Assembly: GCA_035472835.1 (NCBI GenBank)
Contig: DATIOU010000175.1
Location: 39,081-103,080 of the forward strand
Reading direction: 5' to 3'
Source: Streptosporangiaceae bacterium
Lineage (GTDB): Bacteria; Actinomycetota; Actinomycetes; Streptosporangiales; Streptosporangiaceae
Length of the DNA: 64,000 nt
In this document: positions 63,801 through 64,000 of the stretch, piece after piece
How positions within the stretch are numbered: position 1 is the stretch's first letter
Layout of the letters: every line of letters starts with the position of its first letter
Translations under genes and position numbers: made by a program
Notes under the pieces: model-generated
Database searches by the model: none
Told to the model about the DNA's origin: nothing
What the model saw: only the letters and a program-made list of their open reading frames with translations

Positions 63801-64000
63801 TCGGAGGGCTACGACCATAAGAAGATGGGCATCACCGCGCGCGGTGCGTGGGAGTCGGTGAAGTTCCACTTCCGGACCCGCGGCGTGGACGTGGACGCTG
63901 ATGACTTCACGGTGGTCGGCATCGGTGACATGTCTGGTGACGTGTTCGGCAACGGGATGCTGCTGTCGCGGCACATCAAGCTCATCGCTGCGTTCGACCA
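60828..64000 (+). CDS. gdh: NAD-specific glutamate dehydrogenase, large (about 1600 aa) Bac_GDH type; 3' end outside the window
   Basis: ATG 60828 follows GAGAAGGAG, and the frame stays open to the window end. '[17 protein letters not shown]', '[40 protein letters not shown]', '[16 protein letters not shown]', '[13 protein letters not shown]'. It is absent from the ORF track only because no stop codon lies inside the window. Confidence 0.85.
   Translation, partial: [1057 protein letters not shown]

Noticed and set aside
62511-63974. 487-aa minus-strand ORF near the window end. The same applies to other long antisense or off-frame ORFs: 57901..59097, 54774..55796, 41263..42528, 12323..13405 and 13278..14093
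   Set aside because: Each lies opposite or out of frame to a gene with strong family motifs (gdh, aacS, the helicase, hydrolase/nagA, rseA/htrA). The translations are dominated by R/P/A/G, so they are shadow ORFs from GC3 bias.
1-64000. Searched by eye for tRNA T-loop signatures (GGTTCGAATCC and similar), rRNA, integrase or transposase genes and terminal inverted repeats
   Set aside because: None found. The GGTTCGA occurrences (for example at 12088 and 19128) lie inside well-supported coding sequences and have no cloverleaf context.

Overview
Very high-GC, densely coding chromosomal segment that looks like an Actinomycetota core genome region. I call about 58 protein genes. I found no rRNA, tRNA, CRISPR array, transposase or integrase. 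Recognisable blocks: (i) lysine/DAP genes dapC-fdxA-X-dapD (2.2-5.6 kb). (ii) The conserved actinobacterial envelope-stress locus DUF3117 / O-methyltransferase / sigE-rseA-htrA-tatB / mrp (10.7-16.8 kb), in the same order as M. tuberculosis Rv1220c-Rv1229c, with an ECF-type promoter upstream of sigE. (iii) A Phd/YefM-RelE/ParE toxin-antitoxin pair whose toxin is frameshifted (17.4-18.1 kb). (iv) Miscellaneous metabolism genes (citE-like, VOC, LtrA, ROK, AKR). (v) A stand-alone 838-aa sacsin/MORC-type GHKL ATPase (23.1-25.7 kb). (vi) NUDIX, PHP, MBL and Cas4-like PD-(D/E)XK nuclease genes (28.6-32.4 kb). (vii) The rhlE-like DEAD-box helicase / ferritin-like / DUF3107 / TetR block. (viii) ku, with a 56-bp tandem triplication of its own 3' end and a divergent, very acidic mini-protein. 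(ix) nagA plus a SIS sugar-amine isomerase, pepN, SDR and HAD genes. (x) An orphan vsr. (xi) pruA followed by a 1365-aa DUF4011/Upf1-like SF1 helicase fused to a Vsr/DUF559-type endonuclease. (xii) aacS translationally coupled to kynA, then the 5' two-thirds of a large NAD-glutamate dehydrogenase that runs off the window. No clear multi-gene novel system is visible. The best candidates for undescribed biology are the GHKL ATPase, the helicase-nuclease fusion, a sigma-region-2/TM/beta-propeller protein at the left edge, the AT-richer gap plus HATPase_c_2-like protein at 8.1-9.5 kb, and the features around ku. All family assignments come from motif recognition by eye, not from database searches.
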